NCBI GenBank assembly: GCA_015521325.1
Contig: WAOK01000001.1
Location: forward strand, 9,782-73,781
From: Desulfurococcales archaeon
Lineage (GTDB): Archaea; Thermoproteota; Thermoprotei_A; Sulfolobales; NBVN01
DNA length: 64,000 bases
Direction: 5' to 3'
In this document: positions 15,744 to 24,288 of the stretch, piece after piece
How the letters are laid out: each line of letters starts with the position of its first letter
Numbering within the stretch: position 1 is the first letter of the stretch
The notes under the pieces: generated by a model
Databases searched by the model: none
Seen by the model: the letters and a program-made list of their open reading frames with translations, nothing else
What the model was told of the DNA's origin: nothing
Made by a program: the position numbers and the translations under genes

Positions 15744-17000
15744 GTGTTGACGGCCTCGAAGACTGTCGAAGATGGGTTACGGCTGGAAAATAAGCACTCC
15801 GTGGCGAGGGAGCGGGTCATACACTGGTTAACGAAGGTGCTGAGTGATAAAGGGTTCCAGGTTATGAGAAACTACCTTATCACTGTAGGTGACGTGACCC
15901 ACAGGATAGACGTAGTCGCAGTGATCAACCCCATAGGAGACATACGAATTACTACTGGCTTTATAGTTGTTGAGGGTAAGGTGACCCCCGAGCTCATAGA
16001 GATGTTCTCCACATGGAAGATAGAGGGTAAGTTCGACAAGCTCGTGATAGTAGCCCTCGACGACATCGACGTGAATGCTTACGAGCTGGCCCTCAAGTTG
16101 GGTTTAGCGGTCGTCAAGGTGCCTCAGATCGTGACGGAGGGTACGGAGGAGGTTATGAAGAAGATAACGGGTGTTTACGAGGTCATCCACTACCACCCCA
16201 AGCTGAGCATGGAGGATGTCATGGGCGTTCTTGCTTCCCTAGCAAAGAAGGGGCTCTTCTCGAGGAAGCATAAAGAGGTGGAGTCAGTTGCCCTCATCTA
16301 CCTCCCCTTCTACGTCATCTCCGCCGACATCGGCATAGCCGAGCCTGAAGAGGAGGAGGTGAAGAGGGAGGAAATAACGATAACCTTTGACGGCGTGAAG
16401 GGGTATGTAGTCGTTGAGGAGAACGACGAGATAAAGGTCGTTAGGGAGCACGGCTCTCTAGCGGATCTGAGTGAGGACGCCCTCGCAATACTGAAGCAGG
16501 TGACGAGCGCCGGTTATATGACGATAGACGAGGTGATGGCAGCGCTCAACATAGGTGAGGAGAAGGTCAAGGCTCTTGCTGGCTCCCTCATGAACAAATC
16601 ACTCGTAGACATATATGCGGACGTCATAGAAGCGAGGAAGAGTATACTGAAGAGGGGCTTCGATATAAGGGAGCACGCTAAGTCATATGGCGCTGAGCCG
16701 CACTCGGGCCTGCCCCATGACGAGAATGCCTATGTTCTCTACCCGAGGATATCGCTCGATAGGCTAGTGAGTCTAATAGAGTCACTTTCTGGAAGGATAA
16801 AGGAGATGTCTCAGGTATACCTTCCATTCTACGCAGGCCTCATAGTGGAGAAAAGCAACGGAAAAGAGACGAGGATGATAGAGCTCGTTGATGCCCTAAG
16901 CGGTAGGCATACGACGGGGCTAGCGCCAATTCTTAGGACGATAGAACAGAACCTCGAGAGGTTTATCCTCACTCACGGTGGGAAGAAGCGGGGAAAGTGA
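15744..17000 (+). CDS. uncharacterised protein: N-terminal Mrr/YraN-like PD-(D/E)xK nuclease fold, duplicated YLPFY module, central winged-helix-like segment
   Basis: GFQVMRNYLITVGDVTHRIDVVAV...GFIVVEGKV fits D...(D/E)xK. ALIYLPFYVISADIG and QVYLPFYAGLIVEK repeat. LAILKQVTSAGYMTIDEVMAALNIGEEKVKALAGSLMNKSLV is wHTH-like. Confidence 0.4.
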   Translation: MLTASKTVEDGLRLENKHSVARERVIHWLTKVLSDKGFQVMRNYLITVGDVTHRIDVVAVINPIGDIRITTGFIVVEGKVTPELIEMFSTWKIEGKFDKLVIVALDDIDVNAYELALKLGLAVVKVPQIVTEGTEEVMKKITGVYEVIHYHPKLSMEDVMGVLASLAKKGLFSRKHKEVESVALIYLPFYVISADIGIAEPEEEEVKREEITITFDGVKGYVVVEENDEIKVVREHGSLADLSEDALAILKQVTSAGYMTIDEVMAALNIGEEKVKALAGSLMNKSLVDIYADVIEARKSILKRGFDIREHAKSYGAEPHSGLPHDENAYVLYPRISLDRLVSLIESLSGRIKEMSQVYLPFYAGLIVEKSNGKETRMIELVDALSGRHTTGLAPILRTIEQNLERFILTHGGKKRGK

Positions 17001-17457
17001 GTGTGGGAGGGGTAATTATCTCTGCGAATCCGCCTACGGAAAAGCCGATAGCCTCACGTATTTTGAGCGCCACAACCGCTCCGGGCCAGACTACCACACC
17101 CTCCGGTGACGCTATCGGGTTCTTTACCTCAGCAAGCACTGCATCACCGTCGACCGTACCCCCAACTATAGCTGAGTAGAGCCTGGAGTACGCACTCACG
17201 ACGGAGTTCAGCACCGTAGCGTCAAAGGATTCTTGGTCGATCCTTTCCTTCACAGCCTTTTCCAGCCTCACTATGGGTAGCGAGGAGGCGATATCGGCTA
17301 ATATTCTGGTCCATTGTCTGCAGGCACTTTCGTAGAAGCGCTCAAGACACCATGTTAAGTTCTCTATACTTTCCCTGCCTATTTCGGCGATCTCGTCATC
17401 ATCTATCCTAGAGGGGGCCAGACTAGTTACTTCTTTCTCTATTATTCTGCGAAGCAT
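16969..17457 (-). CDS. gins15: GINS subunit (Gins15/Gins51-type), tentative
   Basis: 162 aa. Helical N-terminal half plus beta-rich C-terminal half (GDAVLAEVKNPIASPEGVVVWPGAVVALKIREAIGFSVGGFAEII). Lies immediately downstream of priS, as reported for Sulfolobus gins15. Confidence 0.45.
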   Translation of the reverse strand: MLRRIIEKEVTSLAPSRIDDDEIAEIGRESIENLTWCLERFYESACRQWTRILADIASSLPIVRLEKAVKERIDQESFDATVLNSVVSAYSRLYSAIVGGTVDGDAVLAEVKNPIASPEGVVVWPGAVVALKIREAIGFSVGGFAEIITPPTLTFPASSHRE

Positions 17458-17510
17458 GTGCAGTACTCCGTAACGAGGATCTGCGGAGAAGTATATTTAA
17501 TCATCTATCT

Positions 17511-18575
17511 CTAGATTAGCCTATCGATTTTTACAAGCCTATTGAGTGCCATGAAAACAGCTACGTAGCACGAAACCCTCATTCTTAGCCCAGGAAAGAG
17601 GGAATATTTTTCATTCATGATCTCGAGCTTAACCCTCTCATCGACTTGGGACGAGACTATTGCATCACATCTAAAAGGGCTGAGATGGGGACCGTATTCA
17701 AACTTATCGAGGTCACCCGGTAGTGTAAGCTTAATCGCTGGTAGCCCAGATTTACCGTTTATGGAGCCGGGTATCCTTACCAGTCTCGAGACATCCTGTG
17801 TAACCATCTCATCAATGTGAACGCCAGCAATGTTAATCACGCGCTGCGGGTCGCTAAGGAGATCCTCATATGTTAACCCTAATCGGGCAAGTCTTCCCCT
17901 CCACCCACCTATTTCCTTCGTGGGAGGTAACGGCCTGGCCCTCTTAGGGATCCTCGGAACAATTGTTTCTGGTTCTAGTCCTTTTCCTGTCACGTAGTCA
18001 ACAATCTCCTTCCGTAAATGTGAAGGCAGGGTTCGCCACTCTGGGTCCTTGGTCATCACTACGACGTGGAAGCCTCTGTTACCGCTGAAGTACACCAAAA
18101 TATCTGATCTACTAAAACCGAGGTCATCAGTTATCACGTCCATTAGTTTAATGACTTCTCTCTTAGCCTTCAGCATGCATTCCCTTCTCACGATAGGTAT
18201 TTTCCTTCCATTCACTGTGATGCTTCCCTCTCCACACCCGGGGAGGTGGTCTGAGTCAATATCAAACATCAGCTCGCTACCTAGCCAGCCCTTATCCTCC
18301 ATATTATCTGCGGCCGGGTCACGGTAGAGTGCTGCGGAGAAGTAGGCCTGTCGCGGTGTTTCATTTGTGAGATACTCCCTTAATGCGCCGGCGCTCTGGA
18401 ACGCCATGTGCCTGACGTACACTTCGCTCTCGTAGGTCTGGAAAGCGAATTCTCTCATAGGGTAATCGTTCGGGAGCCAGAGCTCGGCCCCTGTGTAGTA
18501 CTCCCTAAGGAGCTGCCTGAGCAAGTCCTTACTCTTCAACCCTCGGCGCGACATAGTAGACAATCCTTGCACCAA
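17511..18575 (-). CDS. priS: DNA primase small (catalytic) subunit PriS
   Basis: ELMFDIDSDH (DxD), YFSGNRGFHV, RIPGSINGKSG motifs of archaeo-eukaryotic primase. Start may be Met8 (18554). Confidence 0.9.
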   Translation of the reverse strand: MVQGLSTMSRRGLKSKDLLRQLLREYYTGAELWLPNDYPMREFAFQTYESEVYVRHMAFQSAGALREYLTNETPRQAYFSAALYRDPAADNMEDKGWLGSELMFDIDSDHLPGCGEGSITVNGRKIPIVRRECMLKAKREVIKLMDVITDDLGFSRSDILVYFSGNRGFHVVVMTKDPEWRTLPSHLRKEIVDYVTGKGLEPETIVPRIPKRARPLPPTKEIGGWRGRLARLGLTYEDLLSDPQRVINIAGVHIDEMVTQDVSRLVRIPGSINGKSGLPAIKLTLPGDLDKFEYGPHLSPFRCDAIVSSQVDERVKLEIMNEKYSLFPGLRMRVSCYVAVFMALNRLVKIDRLI

Positions 18576-19287
18576 CGCTGTACTCGAGGGTCAACCTACA
18601 GGGTAGGCCCTCGTCCACCTCTAGTATTGAGCGATCGGCCATTTTCATCGGGGACTTGAGGTAGCTGAAGTACTCCATCGAGTACAGCGCCCTGAACCCT
18701 GGGTTCTCGACCTGTGCTTCCTCTAACCCACCTCTCTCGGTGTCCAGAGTTATCTCGGCGGTGGCTATGTCTCCCTCGGCCGTGAGCACGAGCTTCTGTT
18801 CATCACCGCTCACAGCGAGGACCTCGCTCACGTCCTCGAGGGAGTTGATGGCGTCATATAGTCCGGCGGCGTATATTACGTACTTGTTCGGTATCTCGAG
18901 CTCAAGCTCGGGTATTTCCTCGATCGCTGACTCTGCGTAGAGAGGTATTGTGAATGAGCGCGGTACCCCCCTCCTTTCGAAGACAAATGTTATGCTCTCA
19001 CTACTCCACTCTATCGACAGCACGTCGTCCTTCTCAGCTGTCCTCAGTATCTTTGCCGTGTCCTCTATGCTTAGGGGTAGCTTATGCTCGCCCTCCACGT
19101 CGAACTCCATGAACCCCTCCTTAGGTATCTCGAAGATAATTAGAGCGGTCTTGGAGGGGTCCATCGCCTTGAAGGTAAGGCCGTTCTCGTTTATGAGTAT
19201 GTAGCCGGTATCAATAAATTTTCCAACGGAGGCCATCACATACCTCCAGAGCCTGGCATTCGAGAATGTAATCCTCAAGCCAGCCAC
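18529..19287 (-). CDS. pcn: DNA polymerase sliding clamp PCNA
   Basis: 252 aa. N-terminal ...FSNARLWRYVMASVGKFIDTGYILINENGLTFKAMDPSKTALIIFEIP is the typical PCNA pattern. Confidence 0.9.
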   Translation of the reverse strand: MAGLRITFSNARLWRYVMASVGKFIDTGYILINENGLTFKAMDPSKTALIIFEIPKEGFMEFDVEGEHKLPLSIEDTAKILRTAEKDDVLSIEWSSESITFVFERRGVPRSFTIPLYAESAIEEIPELELEIPNKYVIYAAGLYDAINSLEDVSEVLAVSGDEQKLVLTAEGDIATAEITLDTERGGLEEAQVENPGFRALYSMEYFSYLKSPMKMADRSILEVDEGLPCRLTLEYSVGARIVYYVAPRVEE

Positions 19288-19324
19288 CCTAAGAAACGTA
19301 TCGGTGGAGCAGAAATAAGATTAC

Positions 19325-19690
19325 TCAGCTACTCTCCCTCCACTTGTACCCGCACTTAGCGCAGACATAGAAGCGTGTCATGGGCTCATCGGCTGCCCTG
19401 GTCTGGGCCATTTGGTAGTATACCTCCTCAGACCCGCACCTCGGGCACCTGACACCGACAGCTTTCGACATTCCCATGTACCTGTACTTATCCGAGAAGA
19501 CGTCGCTCTTGGGTACTCTCCTTTTCCTCCGCTTTGTAGTGTTAATCATAGCCTTCCTTACTGCCTCTGCCTGGTCTGGCGGAAGTTCCTCTCTATAACC
19601 GCAGGTCGGGCACACAAGGTATACCTTGCTACCCTCTAGGGACACCACCATCATAGATCCGCACTTCGGGCAGAACTTCACCACAGTCAC
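19325..19690 (-). CDS. tfs: transcription factor S (TFS, TFIIS/Rpb9-like cleavage factor)
   Basis: N-ribbon FCPKCGSMM...LVCPTCGY. C-ribbon CPRCGSEEVYYQMAQTRAADEPMTRFYVCAKCGYKW with the acidic DE hairpin. Confidence 0.85.
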   Translation of the reverse strand: MTVVKFCPKCGSMMVVSLEGSKVYLVCPTCGYREELPPDQAEAVRKAMINTTKRRKRRVPKSDVFSDKYRYMGMSKAVGVRCPRCGSEEVYYQMAQTRAADEPMTRFYVCAKCGYKWRESS

Positions 19691-19696
19691 TCTCAG

Positions 19697-19981
19697 TCAC
19701 CTAGCTCGATACACCCCCTCGCGGCATATTAGCTTATCTAACTCATCCTTAAGTGATGCAGTGAATGCGGCGTACTCTCTAGAAGCGCGTTCTAGTGGAA
19801 CAATAGCCCTGATCTCCTCCAAGAGCATCCTCCTTAGGAGGATGTTCTCAGGATCCTCACCGGTTCTTTCCGACACGATTACGTGCTCGATTCCAGCATT
19901 CCCTCTAAACACCACGACCAGTAAGTGTCCCGAGCACAGAACGGCATGCACAGCTATTCGTCTTTCCCGTTTGGTTCTCAA
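19697..19981 (-). CDS. hypothetical 94-aa protein embedded between rpo11 and tfs
   Basis: 4-nt overlap with the rpo11 stop and 6-nt gap to the tfs start argue for real translation. No motif recognised. Confidence 0.45.
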   Translation of the reverse strand: MRTKRERRIAVHAVLCSGHLLVVVFRGNAGIEHVIVSERTGEDPENILLRRMLLEEIRAIVPLERASREYAAFTASLKDELDKLICREGVYRAR

Positions 19982-20286
19982 GAACTGCGACGGACCTCCG
20001 GTAGTACTTTCTTCTCAATCTCCTGGATCACAGCGTCGACGTAGTCTATTGCCTCTCTGAGCACTTCCTTCAGCACTTCTAAGGCTTCTCTATTGCCGTC
20101 GGTAACGATCCTTATTACAGGGCTACCTTCTAGGGGGTGTTCTATCTGGTAGGCAGCCATAGTTACGTTGGGGTGACGGAGGGCGAGCTTAGCAACAAGG
20201 TTACCGAGCGTATGGTCTTCGCCGTGAAGCTTAAGCACGATCTCCTTATCCGTTAGCTTCTTTACTTCGACGCGCATTCTCATCAT
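19978..20286 (-). CDS. rpo11: DNA-directed RNA polymerase subunit Rpo11 (RpoL)
   Basis: KLHGEDHTLGNLVAKLALRHPNVTMAAYQIEHPL is the RpoL signature. ORF extends to 20325, but Met at 20286/20283/20277 fits family length. Confidence 0.85.
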   Translation of the reverse strand: MMRMRVEVKKLTDKEIVLKLHGEDHTLGNLVAKLALRHPNVTMAAYQIEHPLEGSPVIRIVTDGNREALEVLKEVLREAIDYVDAVIQEIEKKVLPEVRRSS

Positions 20287-20288
20287 CA

Positions 20289-20897
20289 CTAGGGTGGGGA
20301 ATACTTCCTTAATAAAGCACGCCACTCCCCCCTAGGCACTACCCTGTGTCCCTCAACAATGATCGCGCCTCTCTCCTCTAGCTCACTCATTGCCTGGAGA
20401 GCGCCCACACCGGTTAAGAAGGCATAAGCCGTTATGAGTGCCTTAGCTGTTCGAGAGGCCTTCGGTTTGAATACGTTGAGTTCCCTCAGTTTCTCCGCCA
20501 GACCGGTAGCTACTTCCTCAACAAGCGAGGGCGGGGCGTCCGTCACTAGCTCATCACCGACGATATCGGCTCTGTAGCCGAGGATCTTGAGCATCTCAGC
20601 GAGTGCGTCGGAAATAAAGGGCTTGCCCACACGCTTTGTCAGGAGGCCTAAGGGGATCCTTCCCGCGCCTCTCTCCCAGGCCTTGGCGGTTCTCCACTCA
20701 GTGAACGCTTTCCTCACGATGCTCTTGACTCTGGCTACCTCCACTCCCGGGCCGTAGACTCTTACTATTATGGATCTACCCCTAACCTCGTAACTAACAT
20801 GTGCTGTAGCAACACCCCTCTGTGACGTTATATACTCTACAAGCTCGATGCACTCCTCAGGTCTTCTGCAATGAAGGACTATACGTGCTTCTGTCAA
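20289..20897 (-). CDS. conserved-looking archaeal protein of unknown function between csl4 and rpo11
   Basis: 202 aa. ATGA-type 4-nt overlap with the csl4 stop. No catalytic motif recognised. Confidence 0.5.
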   Translation of the reverse strand: MTEARIVLHCRRPEECIELVEYITSQRGVATAHVSYEVRGRSIIVRVYGPGVEVARVKSIVRKAFTEWRTAKAWERGAGRIPLGLLTKRVGKPFISDALAEMLKILGYRADIVGDELVTDAPPSLVEEVATGLAEKLRELNVFKPKASRTAKALITAYAFLTGVGALQAMSELEERGAIIVEGHRVVPRGEWRALLRKYSPP

Positions 20898-21478
20898 ATT
20901 AACCCCTTCAGAACACCGTACTCAGCGCTTACACTTCTTTTTTCCACGTTTCCGCATTCCGGGCAGACCAGCTTACCTCCCCTGTATCTCAAAAGGGCCC
21001 CGCACCTGCTACAGAAAGCTACGACTACTCCCGTGCGGGGTTCCCTTATGCTGAGGTTGACGGGTATCCTTGTTGTGAGAGCGCGTGCCTTCACTATGTC
21101 TCCTTCTCTCACGGCGTCGAAGAGTGAGCGTACGAATTTGTCGGATGCCTGTGATATGTGGATTATGCCTGTATAGTAATCCCGGAATCTTCTCCCGGTC
21201 GCGCTGGAGAGTATCCTAACTACTGCGTACTCATCCTTGACATGAACCACCACGCCATAGACGTACTCTCCTTTCCTTGGGAGTTCAGGAACTCTTACAT
21301 ATGGCTTCACGGCCACAGTTCTGGCTAGTATGTCGGCGACGGTCACGCCGATGTACGCTGACCTAACCCAGCCTCTTTCGTCCTCGTACGTACCGGGGCC
21401 CGCCATGAACTCCTCGATCACGCATATCTCGTCACCGGGCGTCACCTTTTTGTCAACGATCTCATCTAGTCTCCCCAA
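20894..21478 (-). CDS. csl4: exosome complex RNA-binding subunit Csl4
   Basis: N-terminal PGDEICVIEEFMAGPGTY, central S1-like GEYVYGVVVHVKDEYAVVRI, C-terminal zinc ribbon CSRCGALL...CPECG. Confidence 0.8.
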   Translation of the reverse strand: MGRLDEIVDKKVTPGDEICVIEEFMAGPGTYEDERGWVRSAYIGVTVADILARTVAVKPYVRVPELPRKGEYVYGVVVHVKDEYAVVRILSSATGRRFRDYYTGIIHISQASDKFVRSLFDAVREGDIVKARALTTRIPVNLSIREPRTGVVVAFCSRCGALLRYRGGKLVCPECGNVEKRSVSAEYGVLKGLI

Positions 21479-21602
21479 CGGTTACCCCTCCACGTACATG
21501 TAGTCATATCGGCGGAGCTAATATTCTCTCGGAGCCTGTCTGGGCAGGAAATAGTTAAATACTTGGATACTGGTAAAGCCCCACAGGTGTTTGGCGGTGT
21601 CT

Positions 21603-21890
21603 ATGAGGTTCTGCCCCAAGGATGGCGCGATGATGGAGCTCACTAGAAAGGATGACAAGTACGTGCTTGTTTGCCCTGTCTGTGGGTACGAGGAAGAGAT
21701 AAGTGAGGAAGAGGCAGCAGTAATCCTTGGTGTCACCGGAACTACAGTGAATAAACACAAGAAGGTGAAGACAACCTCACTAGTCAGTGAAGGAAAGGCT
21801 CTCAAAAGGTCTAAGGAGGAGCTCCAGCAAGAGAGGGAGGAGACATACGAGATATTTCTTGATCAGTTCGGCGGCGAGGAATCATCATAG
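21603..21890 (+). CDS. TFS/Rpb9 N-terminal zinc-ribbon-only paralog with Lys-rich linker and acidic tail
   Basis: MRFCPKDGAMMELTRKDDKYVLVCPVCGYEEE aligns with the TFS N-ribbon (FCPKCGSMM...YLVCPTCGYREE), but the second Cys is Asp and there is no C-terminal ribbon. Track ORF starts at TTG 21591. Confidence 0.5.
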   Translation: MRFCPKDGAMMELTRKDDKYVLVCPVCGYEEEISEEEAAVILGVTGTTVNKHKKVKTTSLVSEGKALKRSKEELQQEREETYEIFLDQFGGEESS

Positions 21891-21903
21891 TCATCCAGGA
21901 AAA

Positions 21904-21909
21904 CTTTTT
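21904..21909 (+). terminator. oligo-T tract after the TFS-like ORF
   Basis: CTTTTTAC, T5 at 21905-21909. Confidence 0.3.
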
Positions 21910-21937
21910 ACGTCTTCCACTCCCCACAAATATCGGC

Positions 21938-22041
21938 GCGGGGGTGCCCGAGCCAGGTCAAAGGGGTCGGGCTCAGGACCGAGCCGGTGGGAACCCCGAT
22001 GGCGTAGGCCTGCGTGGGTTCGAATCCCACCCCCCGCACCA
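21938..22041 (+). tRNA. tRNA-Leu (anticodon CAG) with 16-nt intron (21978-21993), CCA encoded
   Basis: Acceptor GCGGGGG/CCCCCGC, long variable arm TGGCGTAGGCCTGC, T arm GTGGG-TTCGAAT-CCCAC. Anticodon stem TCGGG/CCCGA is interrupted. The intron folds as a canonical BHB (details in findings). Confidence 0.85.
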
Positions 22042-22047
22042 CTCGTT

Positions 22048-22446
22048 TCATTGCTCCTCTTTACCTACCTCCTTCCTTTGAGGCGCCTGTCCGATACTGC
22101 CTACTGAGCGTATCCTCCTGCACCTCTCTATGATGTCCAACCATTTCACCATGAGTCCCAGAACCGCTTCCTCACTCTCCCCCCTCAAGGTCTCCCTCAT
22201 GAGGGCACTCAGTCGGGTCGCGGCCAGCTCCTCAAGTTCCTCTATTACTGCGTCAACCCTTACGCGCCTCGCCTCCTCCTCAGAGGACACTACATGGACC
22301 TTTCCGTGAATGGGGCAGATGATCTCGCCTGACTTAAGCCTGAAGAGGGGAAGCCCGCATATCGGGCATGTAAGGTCTAACATTACTGCACCTGTTCTCA
22401 AGAGTTCGGTCATTCTACGGAGTGCTTCACCCCTGTCATGCACCAT
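22048..22446 (-). CDS. UPF0148 / autoantigen p27-family zinc-ribbon protein
   Basis: LLRTGAVMLDLTCPICGLPLFRLKSGEIICPIHG matches the UPF0148 N-terminal pattern. Confidence 0.65.
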   Translation of the reverse strand: MVHDRGEALRRMTELLRTGAVMLDLTCPICGLPLFRLKSGEIICPIHGKVHVVSSEEEARRVRVDAVIEELEELAATRLSALMRETLRGESEEAVLGLMVKWLDIIERCRRIRSVGSIGQAPQRKEVGKEEQ

Positions 22447-22504
22447 CTGTCAAGCACCGGGGAATTTATAGCCGGGCCCCTTAATGCGTATTGGGTGCGG
22501 AATG

Positions 22505-22789
22505 ATGGCAATGTGGACCAGCGATAAGGGTAAGGAGAACGAGGCAAAGATCGGACACGCCATCCAGCTTCTCAACAGAATAATCAGTGACCCAGGTGTC
22601 CCAAGGAATATTAGGAGAGCGGCCATAATGGCTCTCAGGAGGCTCCAAGACACTAGCTTGTCTCCAGGAGTTAGGGCGGCCAACGCCGTCAGCATTCTGG
22701 ATGAGATAGCGCAGGACCCTAACATGCCGATACATACGAGGATAACCATTTGGAACATAATAGCGGTGCTGTCGACGGTTAAGGACTGA
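22505..22789 (+). CDS. UPF0147 family protein
   Basis: [25 protein letters not shown]...[30 protein letters not shown] matches the UPF0147 pattern. Commonly divergent from UPF0148. Confidence 0.7.
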   Translation: MAMWTSDKGKENEAKIGHAIQLLNRIISDPGVPRNIRRAAIMALRRLQDTSLSPGVRAANAVSILDEIAQDPNMPIHTRITIWNIIAVLSTVKD

Positions 22790-22803
22790 CGCCATCCACG
22801 GTA

Positions 22804-24288
22804 TTGCGAGGTGTGCGACTAGTGGTAATAAGGGCACGTGTTAGGGGCATATACTCGACAGCATTATCAAAGATACTGTCCGAGAACGGCATCGAGCTAG
22901 TTGATGTAAGCGACGTCATAGCCGAGCGCCTCGGTATACCCCAGAGGCGGGGATACCCAGCGGACGTAACGGTAAAGTCAGACGAAGGGGATCCCTCAGA
23001 GATCCTCGTGCTCGGCTTCCCCAGGGAGGTCGAAGAAATAGTCGAGATAATAAGAAACGAAGTACCGGCGACAATGCTGTACACTTCCAGGCTAGGGCTC
23101 TACTCAGCACTCAAGGTACGTGTCCTTGGGAGGAGGGGCAGGGAGTGCTTGGCGGAGACGCCTATCGGGACTGCCGCGCTCGTCGATCTCCCGGATTGTC
23201 GTGAGGGTGACGAGGTGCCTGCGACAGTCATTAAGCTCGCACTGAAACCAGGTGAGAGACTAGTCCTCTCTGCTAGGGTTAGGGTTGTGGGCAAGTACGC
23301 CCTTCTGGGAAGGGGTTCCAGGGTCTCGTTCAGCTCCTTCATCAGGAACAAGGAGAGAATCGCCGAGCTGCTGGCACTGTTCTCTGAGTACCTCAATAAG
23401 GGCTACAGCGTCAAGTGGAGAAGCAACGCTGATGAGGCACCGATCGAGTCGATCAAGGAGGAGATACCCCAGCTAATAGAACTGCTTGAGGACGTCATGA
23501 AGAGGCTTGAGCGAGCTCAGCCGTTCGAGGTGGTCTATGAGGGGGAGAAAATAGCTCTCATAAGGCTTACTGGCGTCTCAAGGAGATACCTCGATGAGGT
23601 AAGGAGGGAGGTCGCTCCCACGACCCCGTACCATCACATGCTGAGAGCGGAGGCGAACAGCTCGTCCGGTATAGTGGAGCTCCTCGACATAATAGCATCC
23701 CACACGAGGCCGGAGGATCTGGAGCAGTGGGTTAGGGAGTGGTTAGTTGATAGGGTACTCAACAGCAAGGAGGTCAGGCTGGAGCACGTGAGGATAGGGC
23801 AGCGCCCAGTAGTCTTGGGCCCTGGAAAGGCTGAGGAGGCAGCGATCGGGAACGACGGGATCGCCGTAATTATCAAGAGGAAGATCAGGTCGCAGGGGAC
23901 ATACGACGGATTAGGCGTGCTGAGGGAGCCAGGGGACACAGTGATTACCAGGGTGTGGGAGAAGAGGTGGTACGTGATCCACGAATACTACGGCAGGGAC
24001 GGCGCGCTTAAGGGAGTCTACGTAAACATGAACAGCCCGCCCGAGATAATGCCCAGCGGCACAATATCCTACCTAGACCTCGGCGTGGACATAGTCAAGA
24101 GACCGGGAGGGCCTTGCGAGATCATAGATGTGGAGGAATTCCGCGAAGCATACGGGCCAGGGGGCCTCTCCCCCGATGTAGTGACGTGGCTCGCGGAGTG
24201 GCTCTATAGGGCGATCGATGAGGTATGCAGCGGATCAGTCGACGAGAACAAGAAGATCGCCGACAATGCAGGCCCTACGACCGGATAA
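22804..24288 (+). CDS. fau-1: FAU-1 / RNase E/G-like RNA-binding ribonuclease (DUF402-containing)
   Basis: N-terminus RARVRGIYSTALSKILSENGIELVDVSDVIAERLGIP closely parallels the Pyrococcus FAU-1 start (vRIRGIYATALTKLfLDnGFeIVq). ~490 aa. Confidence 0.75.
   Translation: MRGVRLVVIRARVRGIYSTALSKILSENGIELVDVSDVIAERLGIPQRRGYPADVTVKSDEGDPSEILVLGFPREVEEIVEIIRNEVPATMLYTSRLGLYSALKVRVLGRRGRECLAETPIGTAALVDLPDCREGDEVPATVIKLALKPGERLVLSARVRVVGKYALLGRGSRVSFSSFIRNKERIAELLALFSEYLNKGYSVKWRSNADEAPIESIKEEIPQLIELLEDVMKRLERAQPFEVVYEGEKIALIRLTGVSRRYLDEVRREVAPTTPYHHMLRAEANSSSGIVELLDIIASHTRPEDLEQWVREWLVDRVLNSKEVRLEHVRIGQRPVVLGPGKAEEAAIGNDGIAVIIKRKIRSQGTYDGLGVLREPGDTVITRVWEKRWYVIHEYYGRDGALKGVYVNMNSPPEIMPSGTISYLDLGVDIVKRPGGPCEIIDVEEFREAYGPGGLSPDVVTWLAEWLYRAIDEVCSGSVDENKKIADNAGPTTG

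Noticed and set aside
16969-19287. Replication origin near the GINS-PriS-PCNA cluster
   Set aside because: There is no Orc1/Cdc6 gene, no extended AT-rich non-coding stretch and no repeated ORB-like dyads in the short gaps (17458-17510, 19288-19324).
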